NCBI GenBank assembly: GCA_963665275.2
Contig: CAXXIN010000005.1
Span: 64,001 to 128,000 of the forward strand
Origin: Negativicutes bacterium
GTDB taxonomy: Bacteria > Bacillota > Negativicutes > UBA1444
Reading direction: 5' to 3'
DNA length: 64,000 nt
Under the pieces are notes generated by a model that saw only the letters and a program-made list of their open reading frames with translations, was not told the DNA's origin and did no database searches. Shown in pieces: positions 1 through 9,650 of this stretch. Within the stretch, counting starts at the first letter, position 1; each line of letters opens with the position of its first letter. The translations under genes and the position numbers were made by a program.

Positions 1-1168
1 AGCCATCCCCAATACCAGGATCGACAAAGTCCTGCAGACGGGCCAGGCAGAACTGGAACAGTTGCAGCAGACTCCCAAGGGCTATATTGTTACAAACCGG
101 GTGCCTTTCACGTTGGAGGGCCAAGTGCAGGGTGTCGTCGCTACGTTTCAGGAAGTGGCGAAAATCCAAAGCGTGGAGCAAAAAATCCGTCAGACTCTAT
201 TTAATAACGGTTTGTTCGCCCGCTATCATTTCGATGATGTACTGACTGAGGATCCGCATTTGAAAAAGGTAGTTGCCATCGCAAAAAAATATGCACAGAC
301 AGATGCGACGATGCTGATTTTGGGGGAAAGCGGGACCGGAAAAGAACTTTTTGCGCAGAGCGTTCATAATTACAGTTCACGGCGCAAAGAGGCCTTTGTG
401 GCGATCAATTGCTCGGCATTGCCGGGCCAGCTGTTGGAAAGTGAATTGTTCGGTTACGTCGGCGGGGCTTTCACGGGAGCTCGAAAAGAAGGCAAGCGCG
501 GTTTGTTCGAGTTGGCCCACAATGGCACGATTTTTCTCGATGAAATCGGTGATATGGACAAAGAGCTTCAATCGCGACTGTTGCGGGTGCTGGAAGAGAA
601 ACAGGTGCGGCGCATCGGTTCGGACAGCATCATTCCTGTCAATGTGCGGGTGATTGCGGCTACCAATACGGACTTGTGGAACGAAGGGGTAAAGGGAAAT
701 TTCCGTCTGGATCTATACTACCGGCTGAATGTGTTGAACATTAAATTGCCGCCACTGCGAGAGCGACGTTCTGATATCGCGTTATTGGCGAGATATTTGT
801 TGCAGCGTTACTGTGACCAATATGGCAAAAAAATCACAACCCTGCCGCCAGAGATCGTCGAGCGATTGCAAGAACACCCATGGATTGGCAATGTCCGTGA
901 ATTGAAGAACGTAATCGAACGGATCGTGCTTTCAAGTGAAAATGGCAGGGTTGATCCGGAAACGGTAGATTTGATGCTGGACAAACCGGCAGTCTTGTTG
1001 GAAGAAACCGGGTGGACGGATGATAACGCCATGTTGCAGGGAACGATGGATGAAATTAAGCATAAGGCTGCGATGTTTATCTTGGCGCAGGAAGGGAATA
1101 ACATCGCCCGGGCTGCGAGACGATTGGAAATTGACCGGAATACGCTCAAGAAAATATTGCAGCAATAA
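1..1168 (+). CDS. sigma54-dependent transcriptional activator (PrpR-like bEBP), 5'-truncated by window edge
   Basis: Walker A GESGTGKE, ESELFG, GAFTGA loop, Walker B FLDEIG, C-terminal Fis-type HTH; frame open from the window start. Confidence 0.93.
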   Translation, partial: AIPNTRIDKVLQTGQAELEQLQQTPKGYIVTNRVPFTLEGQVQGVVATFQEVAKIQSVEQKIRQTLFNNGLFARYHFDDVLTEDPHLKKVVAIAKKYAQTDATMLILGESGTGKELFAQSVHNYSSRRKEAFVAINCSALPGQLLESELFGYVGGAFTGARKEGKRGLFELAHNGTIFLDEIGDMDKELQSRLLRVLEEKQVRRIGSDSIIPVNVRVIAATNTDLWNEGVKGNFRLDLYYRLNVLNIKLPPLRERRSDIALLARYLLQRYCDQYGKKITTLPPEIVERLQEHPWIGNVRELKNVIERIVLSSENGRVDPETVDLMLDKPAVLLEETGWTDDNAMLQGTMDEIKHKAAMFILAQEGNNIARAARRLEIDRNTLKKILQQ

Positions 1169-1180
1169 AGCAAAATATAA

Positions 1181-1229
1181 TGAAAAAATAACCAAGTGGT
1201 GAAAAAATAACCATTTGGTTATTTTTTTT
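1181..1229. promoter_or_regulatory. probable bEBP upstream activating sequences
   Basis: TGAAAAAATAACCA twice (1181, 1200) plus inverted TGGTTATTTTTT, between the bEBP stop codon and the sigma54 promoter. Confidence 0.55.
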
Positions 1230-1263
1230 GCCCCAGATAAGCGGGAATTTCGCTGATTTAAGT

Positions 1264-1279
1264 TGGCACAATTATTGCA
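1264..1279 (+). promoter_or_regulatory. sigma54 (-24/-12) promoter
   Basis: TGGCAC-aatta-TTGCA with exact GG-N10-GC spacing, downstream of a bEBP gene. Confidence 0.88.
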
Positions 1280-1338
1280 TTTAGAGTTTTCATGTCGAAA
1301 TGAAGTGCGAAATCCATCATTTGGAGGGCAAGGCTGAA

Positions 1339-2611
1339 ATGGAAAAAAAGGTTAAGATCCCTTATGGAAAAGACGTTTTGGAGTTTGCGGTGGCCGAAAA
1401 AAACCCTCATCGGTGTTTATTCACCGAAAGAGGTTCAGGTGGTTGCGGATATTTCACGAGAAATTCTTCGAGCGCTTGATGCGCCGATCGGCGCCCGGAA
1501 TCTGCGTGAACTGGCAAAAGGCGCCAAGAAAGTTGTGTTGGTAGCTGACGACAATACCCGGCTGACACCGACCAAGGAGATTATCCCAATCTTGCTCAAT
1601 GAACTTAACGCCGCCGGAATAAAAGACGAGCAGGTCACAGTTATCATTGCACTCGGTACCCACCGGCCTATGCGGCAGGAAGAAATTTTGGCCAAGTACG
1701 GAGAAGAGGTTGTTCGTCGGGTAACGGTGAAAAACCATAATTTCCGTGATCCTGAGCTGATGGTTGACTTGGGAACGACGCCTAATGGCACCCATATCAA
1801 GGTTAACCGGGAAGCGTACGAGGCAGATTTCAAAATTGGTATCGGGAGTATTGTACCCCATTATATTCCCGGATTTGCGGGTGGCGCCAAAATTGTGCAA
1901 CCCGGGATTTCCGCCGAGCAGACAACAGCGGAAACTCATCTGCTCAGCACCTGTGAGCCACGTTCGTTTTTGGGAATCCGGGACAATCCGGTTCGTATCG
2001 AACTCAACGGCATTGCACGGGCGGTGGGGTTGCAAACGATCATGAATACGGTGCTCAACTGTCATGGCGAAGTAGTCGGCGCTTTTTTCGGTGATGTTGT
2101 AGACGCCTTCAACGCTGGTGTAGAGTTGGCCCGCGAGGTTTATTCCGTGGAACTGCCGGAGGTTGCGGATATTGTCATTGCCAGCTCTTTCCCTTGCGAC
2201 ATCGAATTTTGGCAGGCGCATAAAGCTTTATACCCTGCGGACTTGGCGGTTAAGGCCGGTGGAATCATAATTTTGGCAACTCCTTGTTGTGAAGGAGTAT
2301 CGGTGACACACGCGGATATTCTGGAGATTACCGGGGAATCGATGCAGGGACTGAAAGATCGCGTGGCACGCAAGGAAGTGCATGATGAAGTTGCTGCTTC
2401 GCTGGCGATTGGCTGGGCCCAGGTAAAGGAACGCGAATCGGTGTATATGGTGTCATCCGGTGTCTGCGACGCAGATGCCCGGAAACTTGGGTTCAAACCG
2501 TTTGATTCCGTTCAGGCTGCATTGGCAGCGGCATTGTCGGTTAAGGGGGCGGAAGCTCGCGTAACGGTTTTGACCCATGCACCTGACATGCTGCCGGTCA
2601 TACAAGGGTAA
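1339..2611 (+). CDS. larA: nickel-pincer-dependent lactate racemase family (LarA-like) 2-hydroxyacid racemase/epimerase; one +1 frameshift near 1397-1406
   Basis: DDNTR, ALGTHR, PHYIPGFAGGAK, ETH and FWQAHK match LarA-family motifs; true N-terminus MEKKVKIPYGK starts at ATG 1339 in another frame than the track ORF 1364-2611. Confidence 0.85.
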
Positions 2612-2665
2612 GGATTCAAAATGATATTGACAGGAAATCATTGCAAGAGTGAAGGAGATGTATCC

Positions 2666-3831
2666 ATGCAGTTCAAGGGATACCGGCGGCCTGACGGAAA
2701 AGTTGGAATTCGCAACCAGGTTTTGGTTTCTGCCCAGCGTAGTCCTGCGCGAACCGGGCCGCGCGGGGGATTTCTCAGGCAGTGGCGGGAACGACCTGGG
2801 TCGAGCATCAGCATGGTTGTACCCAGTTGGGGGCTGATGCGGAACTCACGGCCCAGGTTTTGGTTGCACATGGAACCCACCCGAACGTGTCTGGTGTAAT
2901 CGTGGTCGGGCTTGGTTGTGAAACCATCCGGGCCCAGGATATCGCAGCAGAAATCAAAAAGCAGTGCCCCTATAAAAATGTTGCAACTGTCATTATTCAA
3001 GACGAAGGGGGTTCGGTCAAAGCCATCAGCGTCGGCGCCAGTGCTGCCCGGGAATTCGTGGGTGCTGCCTCGGCGGATGAGCGTGAGTGGATTGATGTAT
3101 CCGAACTGATTTTGGGGACCGAATGTGGCGGCTCTGACGCCTGCTCGGGAATTTCGGCCAATCCGGCTCTCGGCGTGACGAGCGACATGCTGATTGATGC
3201 CGGCGGTAGCGTGATTTTGGCGGAGACGACGGAAATCATCGGGGCCGAGCATTTGATCGCAGCAAGGGCGATCAACCCGCAAGTGGCGCGCAAATGTTTC
3301 GATGTCATCAATGCCTGTGAAGCCTCTGCCAACAAAATGGGCGTGGACATGAGGGGCAGTCAGCCTACTCCGGGTAATATTGCCGGAGGGCTGTCCTCGA
3401 TTGAGGAAAAATCACTGGGGTGTATTTATAAGGCGGGAACCCGGCCGCTGCAGGATGTGATCGAGTATGCGGCTCCAGTCACACAAAAAGGGCTGGTGTG
3501 GATGGACACTCCGGGTCAGGATATTGAACAATTGACCGGCATGGTTGCAGGCGGGTGCCACTTGGTTGTATTTACAACAGGACGCGGAACTTGCTGCGGC
3601 TCAGCGATTGTTCCTACGATCAAAGTCTCCACGAATACGGCGTTGTTCGAATGGATGAACGACAATATTGATATCAATGCCGGTACGGTGATTACCGGCG
3701 AAGAAAATGTGGAACAAGTCGGGCAACGTATTTTTGCCGAAATGCTGGAAGTCGCTTCAGGCAAGTTGGCAAAAGCGGAAATACTAGGCTTCAACGATTT
3801 TGCCATCCGGCGAATCGGGCCTACGATGTAA
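2666..3831 (+). CDS. UxaA/GarD/SuyB-family dehydratase, large subunit; two +1 frameshifts at about 2727-2745
   Basis: MQFKGYRRPDGKVGIRN start after RBS AAGGAG; LPSVVC, HQHGC, GLGCE, ECGGSD, GNIAGGLSSIEEKSLG, FTTGRG motifs. Confidence 0.88.
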
Positions 3832-3866
3832 TGGAAATCGATTCGAAAACAGAGGGGTTGGGGAAA

Positions 3867-4157
3867 ATGGCCAGGTTACAGGCGATCGTAATGAAAACAA
3901 AAGATAATGTATGCACTGTAGTTGAAGCGATTGCGCCCGGTATGGACGTCGGCATGGAGATCGGCGGAGAGATCCAAAGTGTAAGGGCCAATGAGCCGAT
4001 TCCTGTGGGGCACAAACTGGCAATCCATGATATCGACAAAGGTGACATCATCATGAAATATGGCGAAGTCATCGGTCGGGCGACGCAGGATATCCGCATC
4101 GGACAGCATGTTCACGTACACAATCTGGAGAGCTGCCGCGGCCGGGGCGACCGCTAG
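3867..4157 (+). CDS. UxaA/SuyA-family dehydratase small subunit (SAF domain)
   Basis: KDNVCT...IPVGHKLA...IMKYGEVIGRATQDIRIGQHVHVHNLES. Confidence 0.9.
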   Translation: MARLQAIVMKTKDNVCTVVEAIAPGMDVGMEIGGEIQSVRANEPIPVGHKLAIHDIDKGDIIMKYGEVIGRATQDIRIGQHVHVHNLESCRGRGDR

Positions 4158-4182
4158 GAACTAGAGACTGGAGGAATGAACC

Positions 4183-5145
4183 ATGGAGAAGAAATGGAAC
4201 GTGTATGTAACCCGCATGATTCCACAGGAAGTGCTGGACGAACTCGCGCAGCACTGCAACGTGGAAGTCAATCCGGAAAACCGCCCGCTGACGAAAGCCG
4301 AACTGATGGAGAACATTCGAGGACGGGATGCAGTATTGACTCAGGCCGGTGACCCCGTGGATGATGCCGTCATGGAAGCGGCGGGGCCACAATGTCGAAT
4401 TTTTGCCAACTATGCGGTAGGTTATAACAATTTCGAGCTGGCAGCGGCGGCGCGCCGGAATGTCTGGCTGTCCAACACGCCGGACGTGGTGACGGACTCG
4501 ACGGTTGAAATGGCCTGGGCTCTTTTGTTCGCTGTAGCCCGCCGTCTCGTCGAGGCTGATGCTTATGTCCGGTCAGGAAAATTCAAAGGACTGGATCCGA
4601 TGCTGTTGTTGGGAACGGGTCTGGCTGGCAAAACTCTCGGCGTGATCGGCGCCGGTCGAATAGGCAGCAAGTTCGCCCAAAAAGGCCGGGCTTTCGACAT
4701 GAAGATCATTTATAACGATGTGGCTCCTAATCCCCGTTTCGAAGCAGAAACCGGCGCAACTTACGTTGAAAAGGACAGCCTGCTCGCGCAAGCCGACTTT
4801 TTATCGCTGCATGTACCGTTGCTGTCGGCGACCCGCCATCTGATCGGAGCCAGGGAATTGAAACTGATGAAGAAGACTGCTATTCTGGTTAACTCATCCC
4901 GCGGCCCGGTAGTCAACGAAACGGAATTGGTGCAGGCCTTGCGCGAGGGAGAAATTCGTGGTGCGGGGCTGGATGTGTTTGAGAACGAGCCGTTCCTGGC
5001 ACCGGGGTTGAGCGAGTTGTCTAATGTGGTGATGGCGCCGCATCTGGGCACCGCGACGAACGAAACCCGTTTGGGTATGGGGCGCGTGGCCATCGCGAAT
5101 ATACTGGCCGCGCTGCGAGGCGAAATCCCGCCAAACAAGCTATAA
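4183..5145 (+). CDS. D-2-hydroxyacid dehydrogenase (glyoxylate/hydroxypyruvate reductase-like)
   Basis: AVGYNN, GVIGAGRIG Rossmann motif, NSSRG, LDVFENEP, PHLG. Confidence 0.92.
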   Translation: MEKKWNVYVTRMIPQEVLDELAQHCNVEVNPENRPLTKAELMENIRGRDAVLTQAGDPVDDAVMEAAGPQCRIFANYAVGYNNFELAAAARRNVWLSNTPDVVTDSTVEMAWALLFAVARRLVEADAYVRSGKFKGLDPMLLLGTGLAGKTLGVIGAGRIGSKFAQKGRAFDMKIIYNDVAPNPRFEAETGATYVEKDSLLAQADFLSLHVPLLSATRHLIGARELKLMKKTAILVNSSRGPVVNETELVQALREGEIRGAGLDVFENEPFLAPGLSELSNVVMAPHLGTATNETRLGMGRVAIANILAALRGEIPPNKL

Positions 5146-5248
5146 CGATCTAACGATTTGTAGACGTCGAGTGGGGGAGGAGGGTGTTCGACAAGCAATC
5201 CTGGGCGCAATTCGCAATTTATGAAAACAAAATGTGAGGGGGAGAATT

Positions 5249-6289
5249 ATGTCTAAAATATCAAAGAGTATTGTCGCACTCGGAGTTGCCATTTTCATGA
5301 TTTCCATGCTGCTGGTCGGGTGTTCCGGTGGTAACAAGAGCGCTGGCGGCGATAGCGCGGCTACTCCGAAAAAGGTCATACTGAAGCTCGGCACTGAAAC
5401 GGCCACATCTCACCCAGAAACCAAAGGTTCCCAAAAATTGGCCGACATAGTCAAGGAAAAATCAAAAGGAACCTTGGAAATTCAAGTGTTTGACAGTGCT
5501 AAAATCGGTAGTATGAAAGAAAGAACCGAGGGAATGCGGCTCGGAACGGTGGATATTTCGACCTCTTCCGTCGGTTTCCTGGCTTCTTACATCCCGGTAC
5601 TCGGCGTATTCGACCTTCCCTACATTTATAAGGATAAAGCCCATGAATTCCGAGTGTTCGACGGCGACATCGGCAAGGATATCGACAAGAAGATGCAGGA
5701 AAAAGGATTCCGCGTTGTCTGCTATTTCGACATGGGATCTCGTCAAATCACCAACAACAAGCAAGCCATCAACTCGTTGGAAGACATTAAAGGGATGAAG
5801 ATTCGCGTGCCGCAGACAGAAGCAAGCATAGAAGGCTTCAAGGCGCTGGGCGCCGCACCGACCCCGATGGCTTTCGGCGAAGTTTACATGGCGTTGCAGC
5901 AAAAAGTGGTTGATGGACAGGAAAATCCGCTTTCTGTCGTTGTCTCCGCCAAGTTCAACGAAGTGCAGAAATATTTGTCCCTCACCAACCACCAGCTCTT
6001 TATTCAAGTATTGTCTATTAGCGAAAAAACCTGGGCCAAACTCTCTCCTGAGCACCAAAAGATCCTGATGGAAGCTGCGAAAGAAGCTCAGGCCTATGAG
6101 CGCGAAATCGCTGCCAAAGAAGAGACTGAGTTGATCAAGACCCTCAAAGACAAAGGGATGGAAATCAATGAAGTGAAAAACATTGCACCCTTTGCTGAAG
6201 CGGCCAAACCGCTGCGGGAAATCTATATCAAGAAACTCGGCCAGGACGCCAAGGATATGTTCGGCAAGATCGATTCAGTTCGTAATTAA
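5249..6289 (+). CDS. dctP: TRAP substrate-binding lipoprotein
   Basis: Lipobox LLVGC, GMKIRVP, EVYMALQQKVVDGQENP. Confidence 0.93.
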   Translation: MSKISKSIVALGVAIFMISMLLVGCSGGNKSAGGDSAATPKKVILKLGTETATSHPETKGSQKLADIVKEKSKGTLEIQVFDSAKIGSMKERTEGMRLGTVDISTSSVGFLASYIPVLGVFDLPYIYKDKAHEFRVFDGDIGKDIDKKMQEKGFRVVCYFDMGSRQITNNKQAINSLEDIKGMKIRVPQTEASIEGFKALGAAPTPMAFGEVYMALQQKVVDGQENPLSVVVSAKFNEVQKYLSLTNHQLFIQVLSISEKTWAKLSPEHQKILMEAAKEAQAYEREIAAKEETELIKTLKDKGMEINEVKNIAPFAEAAKPLREIYIKKLGQDAKDMFGKIDSVRN

Positions 6290-6306
6290 CCCTGCGAATG
6301 ATGGTG

Positions 6307-6342
6307 GCGTGCTTCAACTTGGAAATCCAGGTTGAAGCATGC
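6307..6342 (+). other. stem-loop after dctP (mRNA stabiliser or partial terminator)
   Basis: GCGTGCTTCAACTTGG-aaat-CCAGGTTGAAGCATGC, no U-tract. Confidence 0.5.
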
Positions 6343-6383
6343 GACCGGCATCAGTGAATATACCCTGAAGGAGTATTGGCGAA

Positions 6384-6824
6384 ATGAAGTTTAACAAGTT
6401 CCTGGATGGCGTGACCGTCTTGTGTATGGGCTTGATTCTCATATTGGTTGTTGCGCAGGTTGTCCTGCGGTATGTCTTCAACTCGCCGTTGACATGGTCG
6501 GAAGAGTTGGCGGTATACATCATGGTGTGGATGACGTTTATTGGCTCGGTTATCTGCATGCGGGATAACGAACATATTGAAGTGACGATTCTGGTCGACT
6601 ATCTGCCGCGCGGCCTTCGGCGTGCTGCGATTCTCTTTAGCCGTCTGGCCTCGGTGATATTCTTGCTGGTTGTCATGTATTATGGAACTGAATTGGTTTT
6701 GGAAAATCGCAGTGTGACCTCTGCTGCTAACAAGCTTAACATGGGCTTGGTATATTCTATTCTTCCCATTTGCTCTCTCGGAATGTTGTATTACGTTATC
6801 AGATCCATTATGAGGGGGGAATAG
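6384..6824 (+). CDS. dctQ: TRAP small permease
   Basis: Four TM segments, QVVLRYVFNSPLTWSEELA, EHIEV. Confidence 0.92.
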   Translation: MKFNKFLDGVTVLCMGLILILVVAQVVLRYVFNSPLTWSEELAVYIMVWMTFIGSVICMRDNEHIEVTILVDYLPRGLRRAAILFSRLASVIFLLVVMYYGTELVLENRSVTSAANKLNMGLVYSILPICSLGMLYYVIRSIMRGE

Positions 6825-6830
6825 GGAATT

Positions 6831-8117
6831 ATGGAAGCAACTATTATCATGGGCGTCATGATGGGGTTGATGATGCTAAGGGTGCCTGTGGCTTTTGCGA
6901 TGGCATTGTCGGCAATCGTTGCATTGGTTATTGGCGACATCCCTCTAACCTTGGTGCCACAGCGGATGTTTAACTCTCTGGACTCTTTTCCCCTCCTGGC
7001 AATTCCCTTGTTTGTTTTTGTCGGCGAAGCGATGAATACCGGCGGGATTACTACCCGGATCTTCAATTTTGCGCGGGAATATGTGAAGCATATTACGGGT
7101 AGTCTTGGACATGTGAATGTTATTTCCAATATTATTATTGCCGGCATGTCCGGGTCGGCGGTAGCTGATGCCTCGGCCATCGGTGTCGTTGAAATCAAAG
7201 CCATGGAGAAAGACGGATTTGATCGGGAGTGGTCGGCTGCGCTGACTGCTGCCTCTTCAACAATCGGACCCATCATCCCTCCGAGTATTCCTTTGGTCAT
7301 TTATGCGATTATTACTGAAACCTCCATTGGCCGGCTTTTTCTTGGCGGAGTAGTTCCCGGCCTGATGATGGGGATTTCTCTCATGATACTGGTCTACATA
7401 ATGTCCAAACAACGGGGCTATAAAGTTGAACCCAAAGCGACTTGGAGCGAACGTTGGGATGCCACGAAAAAAGCAATTCCATCTCTAATGACACCTGTTC
7501 TCATGTTTTCCGGGATCGTATTCGGTATTGTTACTCCGACTGAAGGCGCCGGTATTGCTGCGGCCTACGCGATATTTCTCGGGTTCGTGATTCACAGGGA
7601 AATGAGTTTGCCTGAGTTGTATCATATTATGCTCAGAACTGTTCACTGCACGGCGGTGATCATGCTGATCATCTGCAGTTCGTCTGCTATTACTTGGGTA
7701 GTACAGACCTCCGGGCTGCCGAACCAGGTGGCTGCATGGTTATTATCCGTCAGTGACAGCAAAATTTTGCTGCTGCTTTTCATTAATGTAGTTCTGCTGA
7801 TCATGGGATGCCTTCTGGAAAGCAATTCGATCATCATGATCATGGTGCCTGTGCTGATGCCGTTGATTAAGGCGCTGGGTGTGGACCCTGTTCATTTTGG
7901 TGTGTTTTTCATTCTGAATGTCATGATTGGATTAATCACGCCTCCTGTCGGAATGTGTCTTTATGTAATATGCAACATATCGGAATGTTCTTTTGATAGG
8001 CTGTCGCGGGCAATCGTTCCATTCATCATTCCGCTGGTAGTGGTTTTGTTTATGATTACCTTTATTCCGGATTTGGTTATGTGGCTACCGAATCATGTGA
8101 TGGGCATTGCAAAATAA
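6831..8117 (+). CDS. dctM: TRAP large permease
   Basis: GMSGSAVAD, IIPPSIP, TPTE, GLITPPVG. Confidence 0.94.
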   Translation: MEATIIMGVMMGLMMLRVPVAFAMALSAIVALVIGDIPLTLVPQRMFNSLDSFPLLAIPLFVFVGEAMNTGGITTRIFNFAREYVKHITGSLGHVNVISNIIIAGMSGSAVADASAIGVVEIKAMEKDGFDREWSAALTAASSTIGPIIPPSIPLVIYAIITETSIGRLFLGGVVPGLMMGISLMILVYIMSKQRGYKVEPKATWSERWDATKKAIPSLMTPVLMFSGIVFGIVTPTEGAGIAAAYAIFLGFVIHREMSLPELYHIMLRTVHCTAVIMLIICSSSAITWVVQTSGLPNQVAAWLLSVSDSKILLLLFINVVLLIMGCLLESNSIIMIMVPVLMPLIKALGVDPVHFGVFFILNVMIGLITPPVGMCLYVICNISECSFDRLSRAIVPFIIPLVVVLFMITFIPDLVMWLPNHVMGIAK

Positions 8118-8154
8118 CGTGAGTGAATATGGAAAAAAGAAAGAAGGGGATTCA

Positions 8155-8826
8155 ATGAAAACTGTTGTAGCGATCTATACGGCGATGGCGGTTGGGTTGA
8201 TGGCTGACATCAAACAAATGGTGGCCGAGGAAATTCCGGATTGTCGACTGATCAACATCGCTGATGACAGTCTGATCCAGGATGTCATCAAGGCTGGTGG
8301 ACCTACCATCAACGTGACCCGACGGTTGCTAGACTACTATCGGGCGGCTGAAGACGCGGGTGCTGATGTCATTCTCAACACTTGTTCATCGATCGGCGAA
8401 ATTGCCGAAATGGGGCGGAAATCTGCCAAAGTGCCTCTGGTCAAAATCGATGACGCCATGGCGTTGAAAGCCGTCAACATGGGGAGCCGAGTTGGCGTTA
8501 TTGCGACTCTGCCCACAACGCTGGGGCCGACTGTGAGGCTGGTGCAAAGTCAGGCGAAAAAGATCGATAAATCGGTTACTGTTGTGGAAGGGCTGGCCGT
8601 TGGCGCTTTTGAGGCGCTGATGTCAGGTGATGCCGAAAAACATGATGCACTGATTCTGCAGACGGCGAAAGACATAGCTGACAAGGTTGACGTGATTGTT
8701 CTGGCGCAAGGATCTATGGCGAAGATGCAGGACAAACTAACCCAGGCAATCGGTAAGCCGGTTTTGTCCAGCCCGCGGCTAGGTGTGCAGGAAGTACGGG
8801 ATATATTAAAGGGGGCGACGCAATGA
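8155..8826 (+). CDS. Asp/Glu/hydantoin racemase-fold protein
   Basis: ADVILNTCSS, KIDDAM, IATLPTT, VIVLAQGSM, PVLSSP; RBS GAAGGGG. Confidence 0.8.
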   Translation: MKTVVAIYTAMAVGLMADIKQMVAEEIPDCRLINIADDSLIQDVIKAGGPTINVTRRLLDYYRAAEDAGADVILNTCSSIGEIAEMGRKSAKVPLVKIDDAMALKAVNMGSRVGVIATLPTTLGPTVRLVQSQAKKIDKSVTVVEGLAVGAFEALMSGDAEKHDALILQTAKDIADKVDVIVLAQGSMAKMQDKLTQAIGKPVLSSPRLGVQEVRDILKGATQ

Positions 8827-9650
8827 GTTGCGAGGCCGTAAACTTGGTGGACATGGCGCGATTACTCCGCCGCGATGTGGTGGATACGGTATACCGGGCG
8901 AAAGACGGACATCCCAGTCCCGCGCTTTCCTGTGCGGATATTGTGGCTGCGTTGTTTTTTAAAGTGATGAAGCTGGATCCGCAAAATCCCACGTGGGCGG
9001 ACCGTGATCGCTTCGTGCTGTCCAAAGGACATGCCTGCCCGGTATTATACGCTGCGCTGGCACGCAAAGGGTATTTTTCCCGCGACGAGTTACCGGGACT
9101 GCGCAGCCTGGGGTCGTGCCTGCAAGGGCATCCCTGCATGCGCAAAACTCCGGGTATCGACATGACCTCCGGTTCCCTCGGCAATGGGATTTCCATTGGT
9201 GCGGGCATGGCGATGGCCGGGAAGTATCTGCAGAAGGACTATAATACCTACGTAATCCTGGGAGATGGCGAAATTCAGGAAGGTATCGTTTGGGAAGCGG
9301 CGATGGCTGCTGTCAAACATAAGCTGGACAACTTGATTGTGTTCATCGACAACAATGGACTGCAAAGCGGCGGCAAAGTCAGCGACGTAAGCGGGATCAT
9401 GCCGATTTATGAAAAATGGCAGGCTTTCCAATGGCATTGCCAGGAGATTGACGGCCACAACATGAATGGGATCCTTGCTGCCGTTGAAAATGCGCAGCAG
9501 ACGAAGGGCAAACCTTCGATGATTCTGGCCCACACCGTCAAAGGAAAGGGAGTTCCCTTCATGGAAACAGATAATTCCTGGCACAAGCGCGTTCCGACGG
9601 ACGCCGAATATAAGGAAGCAATGGAGATACTGGGAGGGATGGATAAGTGA
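8823..9650 (+). CDS. transketolase, N-terminal (ThDP-binding) subunit
   Basis: DRDRFVLSKGHA, LQGHP, GDGEIQEG...DNN ThDP motif. Confidence 0.93.
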   Translation: MSCEAVNLVDMARLLRRDVVDTVYRAKDGHPSPALSCADIVAALFFKVMKLDPQNPTWADRDRFVLSKGHACPVLYAALARKGYFSRDELPGLRSLGSCLQGHPCMRKTPGIDMTSGSLGNGISIGAGMAMAGKYLQKDYNTYVILGDGEIQEGIVWEAAMAAVKHKLDNLIVFIDNNGLQSGGKVSDVSGIMPIYEKWQAFQWHCQEIDGHNMNGILAAVENAQQTKGKPSMILAHTVKGKGVPFMETDNSWHKRVPTDAEYKEAMEILGGMDK

